This document shows, one piece after another, positions 47,001-54,939 of a DNA stretch of 54,939 nucleotides. Position numbers and translations under genes: made by a program. A model generated the notes under the pieces. It was not told the DNA's origin. It worked only from the letters and a program-made list of their open reading frames with translations, and made no database searches. The stretch covers positions 1 to 54,939 of the IMG/VR virus record IMGVR_UViG_3300045457_000127. One strand, given 5' to 3'. The DNA comes from a virus. Lineage: Duplodnaviria; Caudoviricetes. Within the stretch, counting starts at the first letter, position 1. Each line of letters opens with the position of its first letter.

Positions 47001-48091
47001 TGGTAACAGCAAGAGCATATACTAATACATCTACAACAGCAGCGAATAACTATGCTGGTGTAATGGCAAATGCTGCTAACGGATATGCCGAGACAATAGT
47101 TGCATCTAATCTAGTAACTGGTAGAGCATATACTAATACATCTACAACAGCGGCCAATAACTATGCTGGAGTTATGGCTAACTCTGCTAATGGATTTGCT
47201 TCCACTATTGTAGATGCAAATCTAATTACCGCTAGAGCATATACCAATACATCTGTAACAGCAGCAAACAACTATGCTGGAGTGATGGCGAATAGCGCCA
47301 ATAGTTTTGCTTCCTCTACCTATGCTACGATTACCACAGTTGCTACAAACGCTACCAGTGCAAATAACTATGCTGGTGCCATGGCTAATGCAGCAAATGC
47401 AATTGCAGCAACAATAGTATCAGCCAACTTAGATACTGCTAGAGCATACACTAACACATCAACCACCGCTGCCAATAACTATGCTGGTGTAATGGCGAAT
47501 AGCGCCAATTCATATGCTGCTACCACTTTCGGTACAGTAACAAACACAACAGCATCCTTTGCCGCTGCCAATCAGGCCGGTGTAATAGCAAACGCTGCGT
47601 TTGCTAAAGCAAATACAGGAAGCGGAGGTGGTCTCGCTAACACCTCAGGTGTTTCGTTTAACGGTGATCTATTCTTCCCAACAGGTAATGTTGCCGTTGG
47701 TGCTTCTTCAGCAACATTCAACTCCGTTGCATATAGACTGTATATAAATGGTGCGTTTGCTGCTAACACTAAGTCATTCGTTATCGACCATCCAACCAAG
47801 CCTGGTATGAAACTACAGCACGGTTCTCTAGAAGGTCCAGAGAATGGTGTGTATGTTCGTGGTAAGATTGAAGGTACCGTAATTGAACTGCCTGAATATT
47901 GGATTGGACTGGTTGATGAAGAAACTATCACGGTTCAACTAACTGCTATTGGTCGTTCACAGAATCTATATGTGGTTGAAGTGTCTAATAACAAAGTGTT
48001 TATTGATAGTGAAAATCACACAATACCTGAATGCTATTACACTGTGTATGGTGAGCGTAAAGATGTTGAAAAACTAGTGGTGGAGTATTAA
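44021..48091 (+). CDS. Long tail fibre with an Mtd-N-like head, an ANNYAGVMAN coiled-coil stalk and a C-terminal chaperone-like domain
   Basis: QVQFRRG.TAQH..FTGA.GEITVDTDK....VHDG, repeated TARAYTNTSTxAANNYAGVMANSAN, and C-terminal KSFVIDHP...LEGPE..VY.RG...ERKDV. Confidence 0.8.
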   Translation: MSVQVQFRRGNTAQHSTFTGAPGEITVDTDKNVIVVHDGVKASGYPLAPNISFDVANAAFDISNTLSGNLVNVSVSSNNYAGFMANSANGFASTIVNANLVTARAYTNTSTEAANNYAGVMANGAGVISNAAFNAANQAGVIANAAFASSNSEYSFSNLVYDAVNSVFSVANAAYGNANSVSVSANNYAGVMANAANGYAETIVAANLITARAYTNTSTTAANNYAGVMANSANAYAASLTPDLSPAFNKANSAYTVANAAFDKANTVASDLSNTAVSANNYASSQAGQAGVIANSAFAAANQAGVVANNANTYADSTFVKKAGDTITGDLTIQGNLTTSGVVTYTNTQSLLIGDSLITLNNDIPVGVAPSEDAGIEIKRGSSSNVSLLWNEGTDKWTFTNDGTNYRLIASNTDVESANNYAGAMANAANSIASATYATITTVATNATSANNYAGAMANSANGYAETIVASNLITARAYTNTSTEAANNYAGVMANSANAIASATYATQTSLSTGLTSANNYAGVMANGAGLLSNAAFAAANQAGVIANAAFTVANAAYGNANSISVSANNYAGTMANASNGYSESIVASNLVTARAYTNTSTEAANNYAGVMANSANGFASATYATITTVATNATSANNYAGVMANSANGYTETIVAANLVTARAYTNTSTTAANNYAGVMANSANAYAASLTPDLSPAFNKANSAYTVANASFDKANTTASDLSNTAIAANNYAGVMANSANGFAQTIVDANLITARAYTNTSTEAANNYSGVMANSANGYADSLLITGRAYTNTSTTAANNYAGVMANSSNGFTGTVYTAVNSAFSVINAAFGVANGAYTSTNGTAAFAAANQAGVVANNANTYADSTYVKKVGDTITGDLVVQGNLTTSGVVTYANTQTLLIGDSLITLNNDIPIGVAPSEDAGIEVKRGSSANVALLWNEGSDRWTFTNDGTIYRSIASNTDVESANNYAGSMANSANAFASTIVDANLVTARAYTNTSTTAANNYAGVMANAANGYAETIVASNLVTGRAYTNTSTTAANNYAGVMANSANGFASTIVDANLITARAYTNTSVTAANNYAGVMANSANSFASSTYATITTVATNATSANNYAGAMANAANAIAATIVSANLDTARAYTNTSTTAANNYAGVMANSANSYAATTFGTVTNTTASFAAANQAGVIANAAFAKANTGSGGGLANTSGVSFNGDLFFPTGNVAVGASSATFNSVAYRLYINGAFAANTKSFVIDHPTKPGMKLQHGSLEGPENGVYVRGKIEGTVIELPEYWIGLVDEETITVQLTAIGRSQNLYVVEVSNNKVFIDSENHTIPECYYTVYGERKDVEKLVVEY

Positions 48092-48092
48092 A

Positions 48093-48794
48093 ATGGCAGT
48101 TGGTTATAATCCAAAAATAGTAACTAATGGATTAGTGTTATGCTTGGATGCTGGTAATCGTAGAAGTTATCCAGGGTCTGGAACTACATGGACTGATTTG
48201 AGTGGAGGTAACAATACTGGTACTCTAACTAATGGTCCAACTTTTAGTAGTAATGAAGGTGGTAGTATCGTATTTGATGGTGTGAATGATTATGCTTTAG
48301 TAACGTCTAGTGCTTCTATACCAACAGGCTCCAGCACAAGAACTGTTAGTATTTGGTTTTACACTAACAGCACAAGTTGGGCAGATAATATTAATAATTT
48401 ATTCTATTATGGTTCTGGTAATACGGGTCAGTCTTTTGGTATAGATATGAATCTTTATCCAGCAATAGAATTTTTTACATGGGGTGGATCAGGAAGAGAT
48501 TTAATTTTTAATACCACGTTTGCTCAAGTTGGTTGGAAAAATATAACAATAACATATAATGGTTCTACAACTTCTTTGATTTATGAAAACGCTGTGTTAA
48601 CTCAGACTTTTAATATGGGTGGTTCTTTAAACACAACATCAAGCGACGTTTATATAGGTGCTATTAATCCCTCTGTGCTTTCGGGAGGATATTACGACGG
48701 TAGAATATCATCGGTATCAATGTATAACCGTGCCCTATCAGCACAAGAAGTCAGTCAAAACTTCAACGCACTAAGAGGAAGATATGGAATATAG
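48093..48794 (+). CDS. LamG/concanavalin A-like lectin-domain protein
   Basis: IVTNGLVLCLDAGN..SYPGSGTTWTDLSG, FDGVNDY and YNRALSA.E..QNFNA.RGRYGI. Confidence 0.85.
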   Translation: MAVGYNPKIVTNGLVLCLDAGNRRSYPGSGTTWTDLSGGNNTGTLTNGPTFSSNEGGSIVFDGVNDYALVTSSASIPTGSSTRTVSIWFYTNSTSWADNINNLFYYGSGNTGQSFGIDMNLYPAIEFFTWGGSGRDLIFNTTFAQVGWKNITITYNGSTTSLIYENAVLTQTFNMGGSLNTTSSDVYIGAINPSVLSGGYYDGRISSVSMYNRALSAQEVSQNFNALRGRYGI

Positions 48795-49038
48795 TAACAG
48801 AAAATTCGTAATCTTTGATGTATCAGAACTAGATAAAATAGATTTCACACAAGTTCTGGAAACCTCTGCCGAAACAGTTAGAAAGTCAGTTGATGGAACT
48901 AAAACGTTCGTCAAGTGGGAAGATGGTGTTCCTGCATGTGTAGAGTCATTGACTACCAAAGGTGATTATCTAACATATGAAGAAATATTGAATATTCTTG
49001 CTACAGAAGAATGGACTGTTCCTATGGGGAATCCGTAA
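48784..49038 (+). CDS. Small acidic protein accompanying the LamG genes
   Basis: IDF.QV.ETSA.T.RKSVDGTKTFVKW...EIL.IL...EW; has an RBS and overlaps both neighbours. Confidence 0.75.
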   Translation: MEYSNRKFVIFDVSELDKIDFTQVLETSAETVRKSVDGTKTFVKWEDGVPACVESLTTKGDYLTYEEILNILATEEWTVPMGNP

Positions 49039-49736
49039 TGGGTCTATCACATTCGCCTCGAATAGTAACTAATGGATTAGTATTGTGTCTGGATGCTGGT
49101 AATGCTAGGAGTTATCCTGGTAGTGGGACTACATGGACTGATTTGAGTGGTAATGGATTGACTGGAACTTTAAGCGGTCCGACATTTAGTGCGACAGATA
49201 GAGGATGTTTGACCTTTACTAACGGAAGTAAAGTTACAATACCAGTTAGTAGTTTAGATTTAAATGATGCAACTTTAAGCGTATGGATTAAATTTTCTAA
49301 TATAACAGGACCCCAATCTTTTATGGCATTGGGCGATAACGATGCAACAATTGATCCTAATACAGGAACACATAATTTTAATTTGGCATGTTATACAGAC
49401 ACATCTGGATGGCATACAAATACTAAATTCAATGGATCTTATGCGTCAGCAGAATTAAACGCTTCTAGTCCTGCAAGAAATACAACTAGTTGGGTTAATT
49501 TAGTAGGGGTATATACGGTATCAGGAACATCAAGATCACTTTACCATAACGGAAGTTTAATAGGATCTGATGCTCTTTATAACAATCCAGGTGCTTGTAA
49601 TTCTATAAGATTAGGTCTAGGATTTGGTTGGCAATTTCTTGGTAATATGTCACAAGCAACAATCTACAATCGTGCCCTATCAGCAGCAGAAATCAGACAA
49701 AACTTTAACGCTACAAGAGGAAGATACGGAATATGA
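49038..49736 (+). CDS. LamG/ConA-like lectin-domain protein
   Basis: Same terminal motifs as 48093-48794. The TAATG overlap gives an ATG at 49038. Confidence 0.85.
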   Translation: MGLSHSPRIVTNGLVLCLDAGNARSYPGSGTTWTDLSGNGLTGTLSGPTFSATDRGCLTFTNGSKVTIPVSSLDLNDATLSVWIKFSNITGPQSFMALGDNDATIDPNTGTHNFNLACYTDTSGWHTNTKFNGSYASAELNASSPARNTTSWVNLVGVYTVSGTSRSLYHNGSLIGSDALYNNPGACNSIRLGLGFGWQFLGNMSQATIYNRALSAAEIRQNFNATRGRYGI

Positions 49737-50398
49737 GTGCTTATGCTGGACCTGAAGTAGTAAGTAGCGGATTAGTTTTATCTCTTGATGCAGGTAATAC
49801 TAGGAGTTATCCTGGTTCTGGTACTACATGGACAGATTTGAGCGGTAACGGTTTTAATGCTACTTCCGTTGGTTCTCCTACATTTACCGATAATTATTTT
49901 ACATTGAATGGCTCAAGTCAATACTTTACTTTAGCAGCAACACCACTGACTTCTGTAACAACTTGTACCATGTTGATGTGGATTTTTAATGCTGCCGCAC
50001 AGACTGCTTCTGCTGGTTTGTTTTTTAGTAGAAACACTACAGTAAAAGGAATGAATTTTCAGTTCACGAATCCAACAAGATTAGGATGGCATTGGAATGA
50101 TGATGCTGCTACTTATAATTATGATACAGGTCTAACAATTCCTCAAGGATCTTGGTCAATGGTTGCTGTTTCTGTTGGTGCTACTTCCACAACTCATTGG
50201 GTAAATACTAGTAGTAATACTCAATCTTTCACAACCGTGGCACAGACATTTGACTCTGTTAATATAGGTCGTGAATCAGCATCAAATGGAAGATATTTTA
50301 ATGGTAGAATAGGAGTAGTTAACCTTTATAATCGAGCCCTATCAGCAGCAGAAATCCGACAAAACTTCAATGCCCTTCGTGGAAGATACGGTATATAA
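49733..50398 (+). CDS. LamG/ConA-like lectin-domain protein
   Basis: GLVLSLDAGN..SYPGSGTTWTDLSG...FNGRIG...YNRALSAAEIRQNFNALRGRYGI. Confidence 0.85.
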   Translation: MSAYAGPEVVSSGLVLSLDAGNTRSYPGSGTTWTDLSGNGFNATSVGSPTFTDNYFTLNGSSQYFTLAATPLTSVTTCTMLMWIFNAAAQTASAGLFFSRNTTVKGMNFQFTNPTRLGWHWNDDAATYNYDTGLTIPQGSWSMVAVSVGATSTTHWVNTSSNTQSFTTVAQTFDSVNIGRESASNGRYFNGRIGVVNLYNRALSAAEIRQNFNALRGRYGI

Positions 50399-50401
50399 AT
50401 A
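50394..50401 (+). promoter_or_regulatory. Late promoter TATAAATA overlapping a stop codon
   Basis: Exact consensus 21 bp before the next ATG. Confidence 0.8.
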
Positions 50402-50422
50402 GTCTAAAAGAGACAGGAACAA

Positions 50423-53398
50423 ATGGCTAATACTTATAAGAACATAGTTATTACTCCCAACACAGGATCATCAACAGGCGATCCAACCGTTGTTTTCTCT
50501 GGTGGTAATACAACTGTCAATACCGACATAACCCTTCGTGTATATCCTGATTCTAATGGAACACTGTCATTTGAAGGTGCAGCCGGACAGTTATTCTCTA
50601 TCACAAACGACCTTTCAAATAGTATCTTTTCGGTCAATGATGTTTCTGGTATTCCTCTTATTGAAGTCAATGTATCATCCCAACAGATTACCTTAGGTGA
50701 GTTTTATGGAAATGTTGGTGTAGGTAAGTCATCATCTACTAGTTCCATTTACAAACTAGATGTAAACGGCACAATCAATGCATCAAATGTTTTGATTAAT
50801 GGTAGTCCAATTACAGGCGTAGCAAATTTAACTCCTGCGAATGGATACGTCAACACATCAACTACCGCTGCCAATAACTATGCAGGATTTATGGCTAATG
50901 CTGCTAATGCTATTGCTTCCGCAACATATGCAACAATTACGACCGTCGCAACTAATGCTACCAGTGCCAATAACTATGCCGGTGCAATGGCTAATGCAGC
51001 CAACGCATATGCAACTACAATCAATGATGCTAATCTGGTTGTGGCCAGAGCATATACTAATACATCTGTCACAGCAGCGAATAACTATGCCTCGACCATC
51101 GTTGATGCTAACCTAATAACTGCTAGAGCATATACTAATACGTCAACCACCGCTGCTAATAACTATGCTGGTGTAATGGCTAACTCAGTCAATGCATATG
51201 CCAATACTCTCGGTACGAACACATCATTCGCATATTCATGGACTAATAATCACACATTTAGTGCCAATGTTTTCTATAGAAACACATCCAATCTTGTATG
51301 GATTACCAATGCTGTCAGCACCACAAGCAATGTAACTCTAAGAAACTATCCTGATTCCAACGGCACACTGTCTTTTGAGGGTTCTGCTGGGCAGTTGTTC
51401 TCTATAACTAATGATTTGACAGGTTCAATCTTTGCAGTCAATGATGTTTCTGGTATTCCACTAATAGAGGTTAATGTTGCTTCACAACAGATTACTCTTG
51501 GTCAGTTCTATGGCAACGTTGGTATTGGAACAAATGCATCTAACTCTAGTGTCTATAAACTAGATGTCAATGGAACTATCAATGCTTCTAATATTCTAAT
51601 AAACGGAAGCGCAATTACTGTAAGTCTGACACCTGCCAATAATTATGCTGGTGTTATGGCTAACTCTGCTAACGGATATGCCGAGACAATCGTTGCATCT
51701 AATCTAGTTACTTCTAGAGCATATACCAATACATCCACCACAGCAGCAAACAATTATGCCGGAGTTATGGCCAATAGTGCTAATGCTATTGCTACGGCAA
51801 CATTCGGCACAATAACTAATACTACTGCCGCTTTTGCTGCTGCTAATCAGGCTGGTGTAGTCGCCAACAATGCTAATACATATGCAGGCACCACTTTCGT
51901 AAAGAAGTCTGGTGACACCATCACCGGTGACCTTGTAGTTCAAGGTAATGTAACAACATCTGGTGTTGTCACATACGCTAATACACAGACTTTGTTAATT
52001 GGCGATTCTCTCATAACCCTTAATAATGATATACCAATTGGTGTTGCACCATCAGAAGATTCTGGTATTGAGGTAAAACGAGGTTCTTCCGCTAACGTCG
52101 CATTACTATGGAACGAAGGTTCTGATAGATGGACCTTTACAAACGACGGAACTAATTATCGTCTAATTGCATCTAACACGGATGTTGAGTCAGCCAATAA
52201 CTATGCTGGTGCTATGGCTAATGCTGCTAATGCTATTGCTGCAACAATAGTATCGGCCAATTTAGATACTGCAAGAGCATATACCAATACATCCACCACA
52301 GCAGCAAACAATTATGCCGGAGTTATGGCCAATTCAGCGAATGGTTTTGCTTCCACTATCGTAGATGCAAATCTGGTAACCGCTAGAGCATATACCAACA
52401 CATCCACCACAGCAGCAAACAATTATGCCGGAGTTATGGCCAATAGTGCTAATGCTTATGCTGCATCATTGACTCCAGATTTGTCACCTGCATTCAATAA
52501 AGCAAACTCTGCTTATTTGGTTGCTAACGCTGCATTTGATAAAGCAAATACAGGCGGCGGAGGCGGAGGAGCATCTACTGTAAATGTTTCAACTACCGGT
52601 CCTACTAATAATACTAGCGGAACTCTGTGGTTCAATAGTAATCTAGGTAGATTGTTTGTTTACTATACCGATGTGGATTCTTCTCAGTGGATTGAAGCAT
52701 CACCATCTTCTGGTTCGGTCGACGTAGGACTTTTACAGGCATATACTAATGCTGCTGCTGATCTTGCCGTATTGTCTTATAATCAATCTAATACTGCTTT
52801 CAATACTATAAATGTAGTTTTTGGTGTTACCAATGCTGCCTTTGGTATTGCTAATGTTGGAAATGCTGCCTTTGGTGTAACTAACGCTGCCTTTGGAGTT
52901 GCTAATGCTGCCTTTGGAGTTGCTAATGCTGCCTTTGGAGTAACAAATACATCTTTTGGTGTTGCTAATGCTGCATTCAATGCCGCTAACAATAGATTAG
53001 CAAACTCTACAGTTACTTTGGCTGGCACACTAACAACCACTGGTGCTGTTGTAGATTCTAAGGGCGATACAAGAGACATACCACCTACTGATAGAACGGC
53101 TTCAATGCCGTATGCTCTTACCATATCTGATACAGGTAAGATGGTATTAGCAAATGGAAATACAGCAGCAACAGCAAATATATTTGTTCCTAATGCGATA
53201 TTTGCTATTGGTAATACGATTATGATACTTAATCAGTCAACTAGTAACGTTACTATTACACAAAACTCCAGTGTCACGATGTTCCTTGCAGGCAATGCAG
53301 CCGCATCGGGTAATAGAACATTGGCAGGTAAAGGTATTGCTACTTTAATATGTGTTGGTGCTAATAACTTTATTATATCTGGAGCAGGTCTGACCTAA
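50423..53398 (+). CDS. Mosaic tail fibre-like protein (991 aa)
   Basis: Duplicated YPDSNGTLSFEG.AGQLFSITNDL module, ANNYAGVMAN stalk, joint module, NAAFGV heptads, and a C-terminal domain shared with 54096-54812. Confidence 0.8.
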   Translation: MANTYKNIVITPNTGSSTGDPTVVFSGGNTTVNTDITLRVYPDSNGTLSFEGAAGQLFSITNDLSNSIFSVNDVSGIPLIEVNVSSQQITLGEFYGNVGVGKSSSTSSIYKLDVNGTINASNVLINGSPITGVANLTPANGYVNTSTTAANNYAGFMANAANAIASATYATITTVATNATSANNYAGAMANAANAYATTINDANLVVARAYTNTSVTAANNYASTIVDANLITARAYTNTSTTAANNYAGVMANSVNAYANTLGTNTSFAYSWTNNHTFSANVFYRNTSNLVWITNAVSTTSNVTLRNYPDSNGTLSFEGSAGQLFSITNDLTGSIFAVNDVSGIPLIEVNVASQQITLGQFYGNVGIGTNASNSSVYKLDVNGTINASNILINGSAITVSLTPANNYAGVMANSANGYAETIVASNLVTSRAYTNTSTTAANNYAGVMANSANAIATATFGTITNTTAAFAAANQAGVVANNANTYAGTTFVKKSGDTITGDLVVQGNVTTSGVVTYANTQTLLIGDSLITLNNDIPIGVAPSEDSGIEVKRGSSANVALLWNEGSDRWTFTNDGTNYRLIASNTDVESANNYAGAMANAANAIAATIVSANLDTARAYTNTSTTAANNYAGVMANSANGFASTIVDANLVTARAYTNTSTTAANNYAGVMANSANAYAASLTPDLSPAFNKANSAYLVANAAFDKANTGGGGGGASTVNVSTTGPTNNTSGTLWFNSNLGRLFVYYTDVDSSQWIEASPSSGSVDVGLLQAYTNAAADLAVLSYNQSNTAFNTINVVFGVTNAAFGIANVGNAAFGVTNAAFGVANAAFGVANAAFGVTNTSFGVANAAFNAANNRLANSTVTLAGTLTTTGAVVDSKGDTRDIPPTDRTASMPYALTISDTGKMVLANGNTAATANIFVPNAIFAIGNTIMILNQSTSNVTITQNSSVTMFLAGNAAASGNRTLAGKGIATLICVGANNFIISGAGLT
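52815..52980 (+). repeat. 21-nt (NAAFGVA/T heptad) tandem coding repeat
   Basis: GCTAATGCTGCCTTTGGAGT repeated. Confidence 0.85.
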
Positions 53399-54069
53399 TG
53401 CCTTCTATAATGCCGTTTTTTGCTACGATGATGCAGAGTTCGAGTTCAATAGTAAGTAATGGACTTGTTTTATATTTGGATGCTGGTAACTCAGCAAGTT
53501 ATCCAGGATCAGGTTCAACATGGTTTGATTTAAGTGGACAAAATAACAATTTAACTCTTACTGGTTCACCGACATATTCTACTGCAAATGGAGGAATTTT
53601 ACAATTTAACGGAACAAATCAATATGGACAAAATTCCCTAAATCTTTCATCTGGAACTTCTACTATAATTGGTGCAGCAAGATATTCTGGTGCCACGAGA
53701 GGTCGTATTATTACTTCTGTATCAAATAATTGGTTGTTAGGACATTGGTCAGGAACAACTGAAAATTTTTATGCTGAAGGCTGGGTGACTAGTGTTAGTG
53801 CGGGAGCAAATGATACCAACTGGAGAATTTTAACAGGAACAAATAATGTTACAGGAGATTTATATAGTCTTTATGTAAACGTTTCGCCAAGTGTTGTTAA
53901 CTCAACAGCAGGCGCTGCGGGCCCAAACGGTATATCGATAGGTAGATGGGGCGGCGGAACCGAGTATTCTACGTGCGAAGTATCGTTTGTGTTAGCATAT
54001 AATAGAGTTTTATCAATAGCAGAAATCACACAAAACTATAATGTGTTTCGTGGAAGATATGGATTATAA
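53398..54069 (+). CDS. LamG/ConA-like lectin-domain protein
   Basis: IVSNGLVLYLDAGN..SYPGSGSTW.DLSG...YNRVLS..EI.QNYN..RGRYGL. Confidence 0.85.
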   Translation: MPSIMPFFATMMQSSSSIVSNGLVLYLDAGNSASYPGSGSTWFDLSGQNNNLTLTGSPTYSTANGGILQFNGTNQYGQNSLNLSSGTSTIIGAARYSGATRGRIITSVSNNWLLGHWSGTTENFYAEGWVTSVSAGANDTNWRILTGTNNVTGDLYSLYVNVSPSVVNSTAGAAGPNGISIGRWGGGTEYSTCEVSFVLAYNRVLSIAEITQNYNVFRGRYGL

Positions 54070-54072
54070 ATA
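54065..54072 (+). promoter_or_regulatory. Late promoter TATAAATA overlapping a stop codon
   Basis: Exact consensus 23 bp before the next ATG. Confidence 0.8.
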
Positions 54073-54095
54073 GAACAGAAAACATGGACAAGTAA

Positions 54096-54812
54096 ATGCC
54101 TTTAAATTTTCCTAATTCACCCACAGATGGACAGATTTACACCGATTCCACAACAGGAAATAGGTATTCTTGGGACAATACAAGACAAATTTGGAAGTGG
54201 TCACCGAACACAGTATCCACCTCAGTATCTTCATTGCCTCCTGGTTCACCGGCACAAGGTACACTGTGGTGGAATACTGAATTAGGAAGGCTGTTCATAT
54301 ACTATGTTGATGAAGACACAGGCCAGTGGGTTGAAGCAAGTCCTGTACCTGGTGTTAATACTGGTATTTCAAATACTGTGGCAGCCGCTTTCAATACTGC
54401 CAATTCCGCCTTCAATACAGCAAATAGTCGTCTTGCTAATACTGATATTGTTATAACAGGTAATGTAACATCTACACAAGGTATGGCTGATCGTGTCGGT
54501 GATGTTAGAAATCTACCTATTGTCAATCAAACAGCATCATATACTATAAGTCTGACCGATAATGGTGAAGTTGTATCTGTCACTACAGGCAATGTTTTTG
54601 TAACAGCAAATGTGTTCTTTGCAGGTAATACAGTTACTGTATATAACAACTCATCTGCTAATGTTACTATCACACAAAATACCGGTGTTACATTACAGTG
54701 GGCAGGTCTTTCCAATACAGGTAATAGAATACTACAGCAAAGAGGGTTAGCAACTCTTGTTTGTGTTGCTGCTAACACTTTCGTTCTAACTGGTGCAGGA
54801 TTCGTAGCATGA
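54096..54812 (+). CDS. Short fibre or adaptor virion protein
   Basis: LNFP.SP..GQ.Y N-terminus, G.LWWN...GRLFIYY.D.D..QWVEASP, and a C-terminal domain paralogous to that of 50423-53398. Confidence 0.75.
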   Translation: MPLNFPNSPTDGQIYTDSTTGNRYSWDNTRQIWKWSPNTVSTSVSSLPPGSPAQGTLWWNTELGRLFIYYVDEDTGQWVEASPVPGVNTGISNTVAAAFNTANSAFNTANSRLANTDIVITGNVTSTQGMADRVGDVRNLPIVNQTASYTISLTDNGEVVSVTTGNVFVTANVFFAGNTVTVYNNSSANVTITQNTGVTLQWAGLSNTGNRILQQRGLATLVCVAANTFVLTGAGFVA

Positions 54813-54939
54813 CAATGGCATCTTTGTTGGCAGGATATGGTGGGCCTAGTGGAGAAGTTTTTTATAGATCCTTAACTACTAAAAGTTTTACTATTGGAGG
54901 TGATTATGCTATTTACGCTGATAGATTAACCTTTGCGAC
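54809..54939 (+). CDS. 5' end of the next gene (truncated by the window)
   Basis: ATGA overlap; the frame MTMASLLAGYGGPSG... stays open to the window end. Confidence 0.6.
   Translation, partial: MTMASLLAGYGGPSGEVFYRSLTTKSFTIGGDYAIYADRLTFA

Noticed and set aside
48093-50398. Invertase-driven shufflon
   Set aside because: All cassettes are full genes on the same strand, with no inverted crossover sites or recombinase gene seen.
44021-54069. Diversity-generating retroelement (Mtd-like N-terminus, repeated lectin genes)
   Set aside because: There is no reverse transcriptase in the window and I found no TR/VR pair differing only at adenines. The Mtd similarity is limited to the N-terminal attachment motif.
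2263-54778. Numerous 60-160-aa antisense or out-of-frame ORFs in the track (e.g. 11876-12352, 24713-25123, 31212-31433, 37452-37796)
   Set aside because: They lie wholly within well-supported genes and mirror their codon or repeat bias. I saw no RBS or family motifs.

Overview
This window is a segment of a large T4-like (Tevenvirinae/Kyanoviridae-style) myovirus genome, about 37% GC by eye, read with the standard genetic code. The left end holds a compact RNA cluster: an unclassified ~126-nt structured RNA and a circularly permuted two-piece tmRNA with tag ANDNVSPFEMALAA, which points to an alphaproteobacterial host. Next come gp33, a putative nucleotidyltransferase, a degenerate methyltransferase-like ORF, gp59 and gp32. 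A minus-strand tail block follows (gp48, a tube-family gene, gp26, gp51 and a 1181-aa protein with three apparent peptidoglycan-enzyme domains). A plus-strand baseplate block comes after it (gp4, gp2, gp53, hub, split gp5, gp25, gp6, gp7, gp8). The last ~32 kb is an adsorption-apparatus region: a split and duplicated DUF4815/VrlC-like set, repeat-rich coiled-coil fibres built from shared modules, and a family of LamG-like lectin genes. The best candidates for undescribed biology are the RNA cluster, a likely -1 frameshift fusing gp26 to gp51, the triple murein-enzyme tail protein, the cassette-like twin virion proteins, and a strong Asn-motif bias in outer virion proteins. All family assignments come from motif recognition by eye; no database search was run.
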